The position numbers and the translations under genes were made by a program. From Isurus oxyrinchus (lineage: Eukaryota), in the NCBI GenBank assembly GCA_026770705.1, contig JANJGN010000323.1, forward strand, positions 372,001 through 436,000: a stretch of 64,000 nucleotides of DNA. Reading direction: 5' to 3'. A model generated the notes under the pieces. The model saw nothing but the letters and a program-made list of their open reading frames with translations, had not been told where the DNA came from and made no database searches. This document shows, in pieces, positions 12,880-23,800 of this stretch. The first letter of the stretch is position 1; every line of letters begins with the position of its first letter.

Positions 12880-13930
12880 CTGTTTTTATTAGCTCATGGG
12901 ATGTGGGTAGTGTTGACAAGACCAGAAATCATTGCCCATCTGTAACTGCCCCTTGAGAAGGTGGTGGTGAGCTGCCTTCTTTAACCACTGCAGTCCATGT
13001 GGTGTACGCACACCCACAGTGCTGTTAGGGTGGGAGTTCCAGGATTTTGACCCAACGACGGTGAAGGAACGGCCGATATAGTTCCAAGTCCCAGGGCAGA
13101 CCACCACCTCATGTTCACCTCCAAGTCACACACCACACTGACTAGGAACTGTCTCGGTGGAAGAGGTTAAGGGTTTGGAAGGTGCTGTCGAAGGAGCCTT
13201 TGTGAGTTGCTGCAGTGCATCTTGTAGATGGTGCACACTGCTGCCACTGTGTGCCAGTGGTGGAGGGTATGAATGTTTATGCTGGTGGCTGGGCTGTCGA
13301 TCAAACAAGCTGCTCCTGGATGGTGTCGAGCTTCTTGAGTGTTGTTGGAGCTGCACTCATCCAGCCAAGTGGAGATTATTCCATCAGACTCCTGACTTGT
13401 ACCTTGTCGATGGTGGACAGGCTTTGGGGAGTCAGGAGGTGAGTTATTCACCGCAGAGTTCCCAGCCTCTTACCCGCATTTGTAGCCACATTATTTCCTG
13501 TTGCCGGGCTGTTGCCAGGGCCAATAGCCTTTGCTGTATCCAGTATCATCAGCTGATTCCTGATGTCACGTGGAGTCAATCGAATTGTCTGAAAGCTGAC
13601 ATCTGTGATGCTGGGACCCTCTGGAGGAGGCCGAGATGGAGCATCCACTCAGCACTTCTGGCTGAACATGGTTGCCAATGCTTCAGCCTTGTCGTTTGCA
13701 CTGATGTGCTGAGCTCCCCCATCATTAAGGATGGGGATATTTGTGGAACATCCTCCTCCTGTTAGATCTTTAATTGTCCATCACCATTCATGACTGGATG
13801 TGGCAGGACTGCAGAGCTTAGATCTGACCCGTTGGTTGTGGGATCGCTTTGCTCTGTCTATAGCATGTTGTTTCCGCTGTTTGGTGTGTATGTAGTCCTG
13901 TGTGTCACCTCAGCAGCTTGGCACCTCTGT
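12880..13930 (-). mobile_element. Degenerate CR1/L2-type LINE fragment with internal deletions
   Basis: Reverse complement matches 58474-58790, 60240-60430 and 45080-45660. Confidence 0.8.
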
Positions 13931-14119
13931 TATATGTGAATCCTCCTTATAGAAACCTGCATGTACATGGATATTATCAATAAATATTACATAGATAAAT
14001 GTTATTTGTATAGACCTTTCATGCATAGACAATATCACTTCACAAGTTCAGAATTACTACATGTACATAGGGAACCATTCTCAAACTGTACCGGAGTCAT
14101 TCATTGGCTGATTTTACAG

Positions 14120-14216
14120 GACGAGATTCCAATGAATGGAAAGCAGGATTGCTTGGAGCTGGAATCTGTTTGAGTGTTGGACTGAGTGGATTCTTCATCT
14201 TCAAGTGTGTGAGAAA
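14120..14216 (+). pseudogene. Gene A transmembrane exon (uncharged core)
   Basis: tttacag|...AA|gtaagt, 97 nt; RDSNEWKAGLLGAGICLSVGLSGFFIFKCVRK; same length as and homologous to the C TM exon 41319-41415. Confidence 0.8.
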
Positions 14217-14524
14217 GTAAGTGTGAAGCTTTAATTGGTTGTTTTTGAACATGTTTTCTTCAACCTTCTCTCCTTATAGAAAGAACTTGCATTTCTATAG
14301 CACCTTTCACAACCCAAAACCCTTCACAACCCCTGAGGAGCTTTGATGTTCACTCATTGTTTAACATCTCATCCAACACTCAATGTTTCACAACTCAGTC
14401 CTGTAACTGGCAGTGTTGACCTGGACCATAAAATACCTTGTGACTTCCTGAGGATGTGAAAGGGGATATATAAATGAAGACATTTCTTTTGTTAGTGAAT
14501 GCAATCTCTTTCCATTTTCAGTGT

Positions 14525-14695
14525 CTAACTCACTCTCTCTCTTACCTCCACTAATACTCTCCTTCTCATTCTCTCTCTCTCTCATTCGCTCTCTCTCCAA
14601 TCTCCACTAATGCTCTCCTTCTCATTCTCTCTCTCTCTCATTCACTCTCTCTCCAATCTCCACTAATGCTCTCCTTCTCATTCTTTCTCTCGTCC
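14525..14695 (+). repeat. CT-rich ~55-bp tandem repeat x3
   Basis: ctccactaatgctctccttctcattct… repeated. Confidence 0.8.
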
Positions 14696-14849
14696 TCTTA
14701 CACGTTGTTCAGTCTCTCACATTTTTAAGGAGCGCTGAGCAACATCTGCTCCATCAGAAGATCCACCTCAACACCTGGAGCGAGCAGTGAATTGAAACTC
14801 GCTCAACGACTGTTCAGATTTACACAGGAATCACGACACAGAGTCAGGA

Positions 14850-15232
14850 CACAAAGGGTTAACAGTTTGCTTACAACACAACACTAAGGCCTTACGTTTC
14901 AGTGAAAGGGTTTTCACAATTGTTCCCCAATTCCTCATTTTGTCTCACAGAGACACATCAAGCCTTTCTCATTAAATACACAGAGGGAGCAGCACAGGAA
15001 GAGGTCATTCAGCCCAAGCAGAGCGTGTGGGCAGTTCCTCCCCAGGCGAGCAGTCGGACAGGTACTGGGGAAGTAACGGAACGATTGGAATTCACTTCCA
15101 CCACCAACACCGTCCTTTGTTGATGTTGTGACTTTATAAAGACAGATTCCAATGATTGATGCCTTTGAAAGATTTCTATTGATTATTGAGATCTGGGTGT
15201 GAGGCTCAAGTCTGTTGTACAGAACATCTTTC
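14850..15232 (+). promoter_or_regulatory. Orphan copy of the promoter/exon-1/intron-1 block
   Basis: Near-identical to ~2630-3000, 20218-20585 and 29296-29600; original donor gtaagt changed to gaagt; no leader or V exon follows. Confidence 0.75.
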
Positions 15233-15269
15233 TGGGTAAATTGTGCAGACAGGTTACACACAGTCCACG

Positions 15270-15510
15270 ATTATATTCCCTCGGGTCTAGAAGATTAAGG
15301 AGTGATCTAACTGAGGGATTCAAAATGATTAAACACTCGATAGGGTCGATAGAGAGAAGCTATTCCCACGGGTGGGGGTGGTTGGTGGGGGTCGGGTGGA
15401 GTCCAGAACAAGGGGGCTGGAACTTCAGATTGGAGCCAGGCCGTTCAGGGGTGATGTCAGGAAGCACATCTTCACACAAAGGGGAGTGGAAATCTGGAAC
15501 TCTCTCCCCA
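15270..15510 (+). mobile_element. CR1 LINE 3' fragment
   Basis: RRLRSDLTEGFKMI…; RKHIFTQRGVEIWNSLP. Confidence 0.75.
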
Positions 15511-15579
15511 ATAATCAAACCCAACACCGAATACACATCATGTTGATTGTCACTCTGTCCATTTCCATCTCTATTACAG

Positions 15580-15684
15580 AAGAGAGGCGAGGGGAAAGCA
15601 GGAATCAAATCGAACCACCGTGTTGATGAATATCGAGGTCCTGTTTATGAAAACTGTGAGCGTGGTTGGGCTTTGAGGAATCAG
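15580..15684 (+). CDS. Putative cytoplasmic exon with YENC motif
   Basis: Pyrimidine tract + tacag|, CAG|gtgagt, 105 nt phase 0-0: KRGEGKAGIKSNHRVDEYRGPVYENCERGWALRNQ. Confidence 0.6.
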
Positions 15685-15829
15685 GTGAGTCACACACCAC
15701 AGGATCCCCAGCCTCTCAGCTGCTCCAGTAGCCTGGTTATTGATATGGCTGCTCCAGTCCTGCATCTGCAATGTTTTATACAGTCACTCCCAAACCCAAC
15801 CAAACTCACACCCAACACCGTTCAGAAGC

Positions 15830-16482
15830 AATAATCAAATCCCGTTCAGTATCAATAATCAAACCCCGTTCAGTATCAATAATCAAACCCCATTCAGAAT
15901 CAATAATCAAACCCCGATCAGAATCAATAATCAAACACTGTTCAGAATCAATAATCAAACCCCGTTCAGTATCAATAATCAAACCCCGTTCAGAATCAAT
16001 AATCAAACCCCGTTCAGAATCAATAATCAAACACTGTTCAGAATCAATAATCAATCCCCGTTCAGAATCAATAATCAAACCCCGTTCAGTATCAATAATC
16101 AAACCCCGTTCAGAATCAATAATCAAACACCGTTCTGTATCAATAATCAAATCCCGTTCAGAATCAATAATCAAAACCCATTCAGTTTCAATAATCAAAC
16201 CCCATTCAGTATCAATAATCAAACCCCGTTCAGAATCAATTATCAAACCCTGTTCAGTTTCAATAATCAAACCCCGTTCAGAATCAATAATCAAACCCCG
16301 TTCAGAATCAATTATCAAAACCTGTTCAGAATCAATAATCAAACTCCGTTCAGAATCAATAATCAAACTCCGTTCAGAATCAATAATCAAACCCCGTTCA
16401 GAATCAATAATCAAACTCCGTTCACTATCAATAATCAAACCCCGTTCAGAATCAATAATCAAACCCTGTTCAGTGTCAATAA
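15830..16482 (+). repeat. 24-bp minisatellite, ~27 copies
   Basis: aatcaataatcaaaccccgttcag tandem, between the two YxN exons. Confidence 0.95.
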
Positions 16483-16581
16483 TTAATGTATCTGTTGTGG
16501 GTGGAATTTTCGATTTGGATCAATAATACTAAACACTGATCACTCTGATTGTCACTCTGATCATTTCTGTTTCTATTACAG

Positions 16582-16698
16582 AAGAAAGATGAGAAGGATC
16601 TGGAAATGAAGTCTAACCACGGAGTCAATCCTGATACAGATGATGATCTTTACGCAAACTGTGAATTTGCCAAGGATTCTGTTTATGGGAATTTATAA
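16582..16698 (+). CDS. Putative terminal cytoplasmic exon with YANC and SVYGNL* motifs
   Basis: tacag| phase 0: KKDEKDLEMKSNHGVNPDTDDDLYANCEFAKDSVYGNL*; acceptor and first half are paralogous to 15580-15684. Confidence 0.65.
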   Translation, partial: KKDEKDLEMKSNHGVNPDTDDDLYANCEFAKDSVYGNL

Positions 16699-17749
16699 AC
16701 TGAGCAAGAATGAGGCACACATAGTGTGGGGAGAATACAGAACGGGAGAATCATTCAAAACTCCAATTTACCTTCCTAATATCCACAGGAACTCACTCCC
16801 AGGAAATAGATTTAAACCTCTTGTTACAATCTGATGGAATTTCTTCGGAATGATCTATCCAGGATGATTGTCTGTGGGTTTCAATTCGAACATCCTCCTT
16901 CAGAATTGTCCCTCACAGTTGGAAACATCCTTCTCTCCATTCTGATTGTAAATGTCTTTAGATATCGTTCGATGATGTACCAGGACAGAACGGACAAATT
17001 CAATCCCGTGTCCGTGATTGAGTTAATTTTCATTCTGTTATTCACCTTCCTGTCTGTCAGTGTTTACAGAATATTCATCAGCCAGTGTAGACTTCAGGAA
17101 ATGCAGGATCGGTGGATAATTGGAGCAGAGGAGATTGGCAAAATTTGCACACCATTTTGTAGTCAAATGTATTTTCAGATATATATTTGGATTTTCCACT
17201 TCATCGTTAAACAGCGAAACAAACAAGAATCTGGGAAACAGGGAAACAATTTGATTGGAGATTTGAGAAATTCTCTGCAGCTTAGAGGATAACAGATGTG
17301 CTACAGTGCCACCACTGGTAGGAGGACATCATTTCAGCGTGACATGTTTACATTCATGTTGCCAATGAACATTGAAAACTATGATGTGAAAAATTGTTTG
17401 CAGGTTTATCTTCTTCAGTATGTCATGGATGGATGAGACAGCTTTGATAACAGAATGAGATATAGCTGCAATAAACCACCATTTTAGTCTTTCACACTTG
17501 GAGAGTACAATGAGCATCCATCCTGAAGGCTGAGTGGATGGGTGGACTGTGCGATGTGTTACAGATTACAGAGACCAACATACTCGATCCTGGTTCCGCT
17601 CTGTGTTTGATGAGATACTTGATTCAAAGATTGGGAAAATAAATAATCCTCCTGCATTGATCTGTAACTGGTCATTTTCTCTGTTAATGAGGTGAGGACA
17701 GATTTGGGTTCGAGGTCCAAAATCAGACACATGCTTTGACTGCCCATTG

Positions 17750-20170
17750 AATAGGAACAGGAGGAGGCCCATTCTGTCCCCTTGAGCCAGTTACACAGGA
17801 ACAGGAGGAGGCCCATTCTATCCCTTTGAATTGTTACACAGGAACAGGAGGAGGCCCATTCACCCTCCTCGAGCCGGTTACACAGGAACAGGAGGAGGCC
17901 CATTCACCCTCCTCGAGCCTGTTACACAGGAACAGGAGGAGGCCCATTCTGTCCCCTTGAGCCTGTTACACAGGAAGAGGAGGAGGCCCATTCACCCTCC
18001 TCGAGCCTGTTACACAGGAACAGGAGGAGGCCCATTCTGTCCCCTTGAGCCTGTTACACAGGTACAGGAGACCCATTCAGCCTCCACAAGCTTGTTACAC
18101 AGGAACTTTAGGGGCTCCATTCAGCCACTCAAGCCTGTTCCACATGAACGGGAACAAAAACAAAAATAGCTGGAAAAACTCAGCAGGTCTGACAGGATCT
18201 GCGGAGAGGAACACACTTGACGTTTTGGGTCTGTATGACTCTTCATCAGAACTAAGGGAATCGAGAAATGAGGTGACGTTTTAGCTGGTAGAGGGGGGTG
18301 GGGCAGGTAGAGCTGGATTTAGGCCAGTGATAGGTGGAGGTAAAGAAGAGCTTGCCAAAGATGTGATAGACAAAAGGACAAAGGGGTGTTGACGGTGGTG
18401 ATATTATCTGAGGAATGTGCTAATGGGGACATTAAGGGTAGAAAGCAGGACGAGCAAGAGACAGATAGTCCTAGTGGGGGTGGGGTGGGGGAAAGGATTG
18501 AAATAGGCTAAAAGGTAGAGATACAACAACAGATGTAAAACATTTAAAAATAATGGAAATAGGTGGGAAAAGAAAAATATATAAATAAAATAAATATTAA
18601 AAATGATAAATTATTGGAAAAAGGGAGATTGGAAAGGGGGTGGGGATGGAGGAGAGAGTACATGATCTGAAAGTGTTGAACTCAATATTCAGTCGGGAAG
18701 GCTGTAAAGTGCCAGGTCGGAAGATGAGGTGCTGTTCCTCCAGTTTGCGTTGGGCTTCACTGGAACAATGCAGCAGGCCAAGGACGGACATGTGGACATG
18801 AGAGCAGGGTGGGGTGTTAAGATGGCAAGCGACAGGGAGGTCTGGGTCATGCTTGTGGACAGACCGAAGGTGTTCATCAGAGCGATCACCCAGTCTGTGT
18901 TTGGTCTGTCCCATGTAGAGGAGACCACATTGGGAGCAGTGAGGCAGTAGATTAAATTGAGGGAAGTGCAAGTGAAATGCTGCTCCCAATGATGCTCCTA
19001 ATGTACTCGAGCCTGGTACACAGGAACTGGGGAAGGCCAATTCAGCCCCTTTAGCCTTTTACACAGGAACAGGAGGAGGCCCACTCAGCCCCATGAGCCT
19101 GGTACACAGTGAGAGAAGGAGGCCATTCAGCCCCCCTGAGCCTGTTGCACAGGAAAAGGAGACCCATTCAGCCCCTCGAGCTTGTTACACAGGAACAGGA
19201 GGAGGTCCTATCAGCCCCTCAAGCCTGTTACACAGGAACAGGAGGAGGCCCATTCAGCCCCCTCAAGCCTGTTACACAGGAACAGGAGGAGGCCCATTCA
19301 GCCCCCTCGAGCCTGTTACACAGGAACAAGAGGAGGCCCACTCAGCCCCATGAGCCTGGTACACAGAGAGAAGGAGGCCATTCAGCCCCCCTGAGCCTGT
19401 TGCACAGGAAAAGGAGACCCATTCAGCCCCTCGAGCTTGTTACACAGGAACAGGAGGAGGCCCATTCAGCCCCTCGAGCCTGTTACACAGGAACAGGAGG
19501 AGGTCCATTCAGCCCCTCGAGCCTGTTACACAGGAACAGGAGGAAGTCATTCAGCCCCCTTGAACCTATAACACAGGAACAGGAGGAGGCCCACTCAGCC
19601 CCCTCAAGACAGTTACACAGGAACAGGAGAAGGCCATTCAGCCCTCTCAAGCCTGTTACACAGGAACAGGGGGAGGCCCATTCAGCCTCCTCAGACATGT
19701 TACATAGGAACAGTAAGAGGACATTCAATTCCTCAACCCTCTTTACTGGAGCAGTAAACACATTCAGCCTCCTTGAGCCTGTTACACAAGAACAGGAGGA
19801 GGTCCATTCAGCCCCTCAAGTCAGTGACATAGGAACAGGAGAAGTCTCATTCAGCCACACGAGCATCTTATATAAGAACATGAGGGGGCCCAAACAGCCC
19901 CTCAAGCCTCTTACACAAGAAGCGGAGTAGGAGGTTCATTCAGTCCCTCGAAGCTGTTACACAGGGACAGGAGGAGGCCCAATCAGCCACATGAGCCTGT
20001 TACACAGGGACTGGAGGAGGCCCATTCAGCCACATGAGCCTGTTACACAGGGACTGGAGGAGGCCCATTCAGCTCCCTCGAACATGTTACTCTTGAACAC
20101 GAGGAGGTGCATACAGTCCCTCAAGCCTGTTACACTGGAACAGGAGGAGGCCCAGTCAACCCCTCGAGCC
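17750..20170 (+). repeat. ~42-bp minisatellite, interrupted by a Penelope fragment
   Basis: cctgttacacaggaacaggaggaggcccattcagcccctcgag units at 17750-18150 and 19005-20170; short copy at ~2515-2610. Confidence 0.9.
18152..18990 (-). mobile_element. Penelope-like element 3' fragment (GIY-YIG endonuclease)
   Basis: CSQCGLLYMGQTKHRLGDRSDEHLRSV…PVACHLN…RKLEEQHLIFRPGTLQPSRLN. Confidence 0.85.
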
Positions 20171-20279
20171 TCTTGCATGTGAACAGTCGATGGCCCTTCA
20201 ACCACATTCTTGGTACGCAAAGGGTTAACAGTTTTCTAACTGTGTGAGGCAAAAAATTGCTTTCTAACTTGGTACCAAG

Positions 20280-20293
20280 CACTTCCTCATTTT
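20280..20293 (-). promoter_or_regulatory. PU.1/SPI-type ETS site in gene B promoter
   Basis: CACTTCCTCATTTT = AAAATGAGGAAGTG, ~50 bp upstream of putative exon 1; identical in C. Confidence 0.55.
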
Positions 20294-20334
20294 GTCTCAC
20301 AGTGACACATCCACCCTTTCTTATTAAACACACA

Positions 20335-20420
20335 GAGGGAGCAGCACAGGAAGAGGTCATTCAGCCCAAGCAGAGCGTGTGGGCAGTTCCTCCCCAGGCG
20401 AGCAGTCGGACAGGTCCTAG
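20335..20420 (+). other. Gene B putative non-coding exon 1
   Basis: Conserved block ending CTAG|gtaagt; start approximate. Confidence 0.55.
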
Positions 20421-20870
20421 GTAAGTAACGGAACGATTGGAATTCACTTCCACCACCAACACCGTCCTTTGTTGATGTTGTGACTTTATAAAGACAGATT
20501 CCAATGATTGATGCCTTTGAAAGATTTCTACTGATTATTGAGATCAGGGTGTGAGGCTCAAGTCTGTTGTACAGAACATCTTTCTAGCTCAAGGGATGAG
20601 GGAAGAGCAGGGACATGAGCTTTGGGACATCCTGAGGTGGTGAAAGGTGCTATAGAAATGCAAGTCCTTCAATGTTTGTCTTTCTTAAAGCCTTGTAACT
20701 CTCTGCAGAGCACCTATCATCCCACAGAGAATCAACTTAGTCTGTGAAGACATTGTGTAAAAGCAGTTCTGATCTCTCGAGAGCTGTCGGACAAGAGGTG
20801 AGGTCTCATTAACTCCTTTCTCTTTCACAGCTTGAGAGTGAGAAGTGGATGGAATATCTGGGAGTGGACG

Positions 20871-23800
20871 ATGATCGGGAAATCTTACTTTCTCTTGTCA
20901 CTTCTCCAAGGTAATATCATCATCAGCTCGGATAGATTTATGTTTAACAATCTTTGTAAAAGATCATTCATATCTCTTTATCTCTGTAACCTCCTGCAAC
21001 TCACCCAAACAACTTCCCAGATCTCTGTGTTACTCCAATTCCGGCCTCTTGACCATCCCCCGATTCCCATCACTCCAATACTGGCGGCCGGGCCTTCAGC
21101 TGCCTGGGGCCTGAGCTCTGGAATTCACTCCCTAAACCTCGGGGATTGAGGAGATCAGAGGGTTTCATTTTACTGAGAATCACCACGACCACATCACAGC
21201 TGCAGTGAGAATAGACAGAGAGTCCAGCCCTCGCACTTCCTGCACAGTTTCACAATAGCAACCACAATATGGAAATTTAAAAATACTGAAAGTTAAACCG
21301 AAGCCAAACCAGTCAGTGTAGAGAGATGAGATATTTACACAGTTTCCCTGTGTATCTTGTAGACACTGTGTTGGGTGGAAGACTGGCTTCACTAAACAGG
21401 GTCCTGAGGACCATGAGCCAATGTAGAATGAACTTGTCCACTCCTGTGTCCAGGATTCTCTTCCATCCATTATGAAACCTTGGGGAGATCCTTGTGTGTC
21501 CTGTAGATGGTCCACACAGCAGCCATTGTGCCCCAGTGATGGAGGGAGTGGATATCGAGTCTAGTGGATCTACAAACTATCCAGAGTTAAATATTGATAT
21601 TTCTCTCCCCAGCTGAACCCTCACAAGAGTGGAAAGGTGACACTCCACGAGAGGTTGCAGCACAGGAAGGCTCGTGTGTACAGATTCCATGTCATTACAG
21701 TTATCCATCGTGTCTGGAAAACCAACCGCGAGGTGGAGTCTGGTTTAATAATGAGAAACAGATTCCCTGGGCTCCCATTGCCTTTCACTCCAAGGATCAC
21801 AGTCACGAGTTACCACGGTTCCACCATCGGACTCGGCTGTCTGGAGACCTGAAAGATGGCGACTGTTCCCTGATTATAAACAACATCAGACGGGAAGATG
21901 CAGGACCTTATTTTTTCAGAATAGAATTTGACAATGGTCCGAGCCATAACTATTATCCTGTAACCCAGCTTCACGTTTCTGGTAAGTGCTGTGTTATAAT
22001 TACTCAACAATTCACATTCAACACTCAATGGGAAATAACACAAACTGTGATGTTTACATATTAACACAAAACACAGCTTATTATAACACACTGTCTGATT
22101 CTCAATAACCTGCTGATAGCTTCCAGTTCAGTCCTAAAGCAACCTCTAATACTCACTTTAATATCAATGATGAAAGGCATTAACTGTATTCTCAGGTTAT
22201 CCACACCCATCAATCTCTCCTGTCCTGTTTAAAAGTCTGACGTATCGATAAAAGAAAGATGTGTTTTTCTGCAGCGCAATTTACCACCTCAGGAGGATCC
22301 AAATCCCTTCACAGCCATTGAAATTATTCCTGAATTGTAGTCACAGATGTAAAACACAGCAGGCAGTTTGTGCACAGCAAGATCCAACAAACCACAAGGT
22401 GCTAAATCACCTAGATCACTGAGGAAATGAAAAGCCAGTGAACAGAAACCTCTGGTCTGATGAAGAGTCATACGGACTCGAAACGTTAACCCTGTCTTCC
22501 TCTCCACTGATACTGTCAGACCTGCTGAGTCTTTCCAGCAATTTTTGTTTTTGTTTCAGATTTCCAGCATCCGCAGTATTCTGCTTTTAACTCCAATCTC
22601 TGGTCTGAGCCTCTTCTCTCATCCAGTGTTCTCAATTTACATGTCTCGGAGTGAACGTGTATTAAGCTGAGAGACAGAAACACCAAAGTCTCAAAGCAGG
22701 AAATTCTCTCCTGATCATTGTAACCTCTCAGATCTGATATCATCCTTGTAAAAGTGCTTTCTCTTGTGGGACTGTGATTTCTATTTGAACTGATGCTTCA
22801 CGTTATATTTTTCTAAAAGGATCCATTTTCTGTCTGTTAGATTTCACAGATAAACCCACGATTTTCCCTGCTGAAATTATTGCAGGAAAGCGTGTGGATG
22901 TAAGCTGCACCATCAACACAACGTGCAATGGAACAGCAGCACCTGTCTTAACCTGGGACACTCCCACTGACGTACCTGGATCAGTCTCAAACACTGTAAC
23001 TCAGCATGGTGTCACTCTGACCTATACTTCTGTTCTGACCCTGATCCCATCACTCAAACACCACGGACACACTCTCAGCTGCAGAGTGAGATATCCATCT
23101 GTTTCATCGGAGCGGACCCTCGTACTAACTGTGCAAGGTAAGTACATACACCTTTCATGCTACATCAGCACTCCCTCAGCGCTGACCCTCTGACAGTGCA
23201 GCCCGTTCTCAGTGTCCACATTCTAAGGCCTCTCAAAGTGCTTCACAGTCGATAGAAGTTAATTGATCTTTATTTGATTATTGCTGAATGAAGAGACAAG
23301 CTGTGTAAAGTTTACATCTCGCACACACCATTCTCCATGGCAACACCTCCACCTATCAGAGACCACTTGCCAACCAATCAGCACTCTCCTCCCATTAAGT
23401 ATAAATTGTTGTTCACTTTCTGTTGGTAAACCTGCAAACGTGCTTCTTGATTCCTGCCCTGACATCTTAATGTCCAAATGAATAGAACAAGTTCCAACAA
23501 TGAGCTGTGGTTGGTGATTCCTCACGTTACATCCAGGGACACTGGAGACTATCAGTGTGTGGCAGAAAATGAACATGGAGCAGTGGAGGGGTTCATAACC
23601 GTCACTGTGGAACGTGAGTGTACACAGACTTCAACATCTGTCTCAGATTCAAACATTACACAAACACCCTCAAATATACAGAACTAAATAGACACGTGCA
23701 GACACACATGTATGAGCAATTACAAAGACACACTCACGAACAAACACACTAGCACACACTCCCCTGTGGTTTACCTGAGTACTGCACTGGAGAGTTGGCC

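Larger units (their letters stand above)
2740..14216 (+). pseudogene. Gene A: Siglec-like pseudogene (leader, V-set, C2, two stalk Ig repeats, TM)
   Basis: Phase-compatible exons paralogous to B and C. In-frame TGA at 5620-5622; donor of the 4th Ig exon mutated GT>AT at 12856; degraded exon-2 acceptor (ctgag vs cacag/ttcag); PU.1-like site lost. Start of the span is approximate. Confidence 0.8.

Noticed and set aside
14217-15579. Phase 2>0 linker exon joining A's TM to the YxN exons
   Set aside because: The candidates I checked (after ttatag ~14279 and tttaag ~14729) are repeat-derived or hit a stop; none is convincing.
15740-16526. ~250-aa INNQTPFR / SESIIKPR repeat ORFs
   Set aside because: A 24-bp intronic minisatellite that is open in multiple frames.
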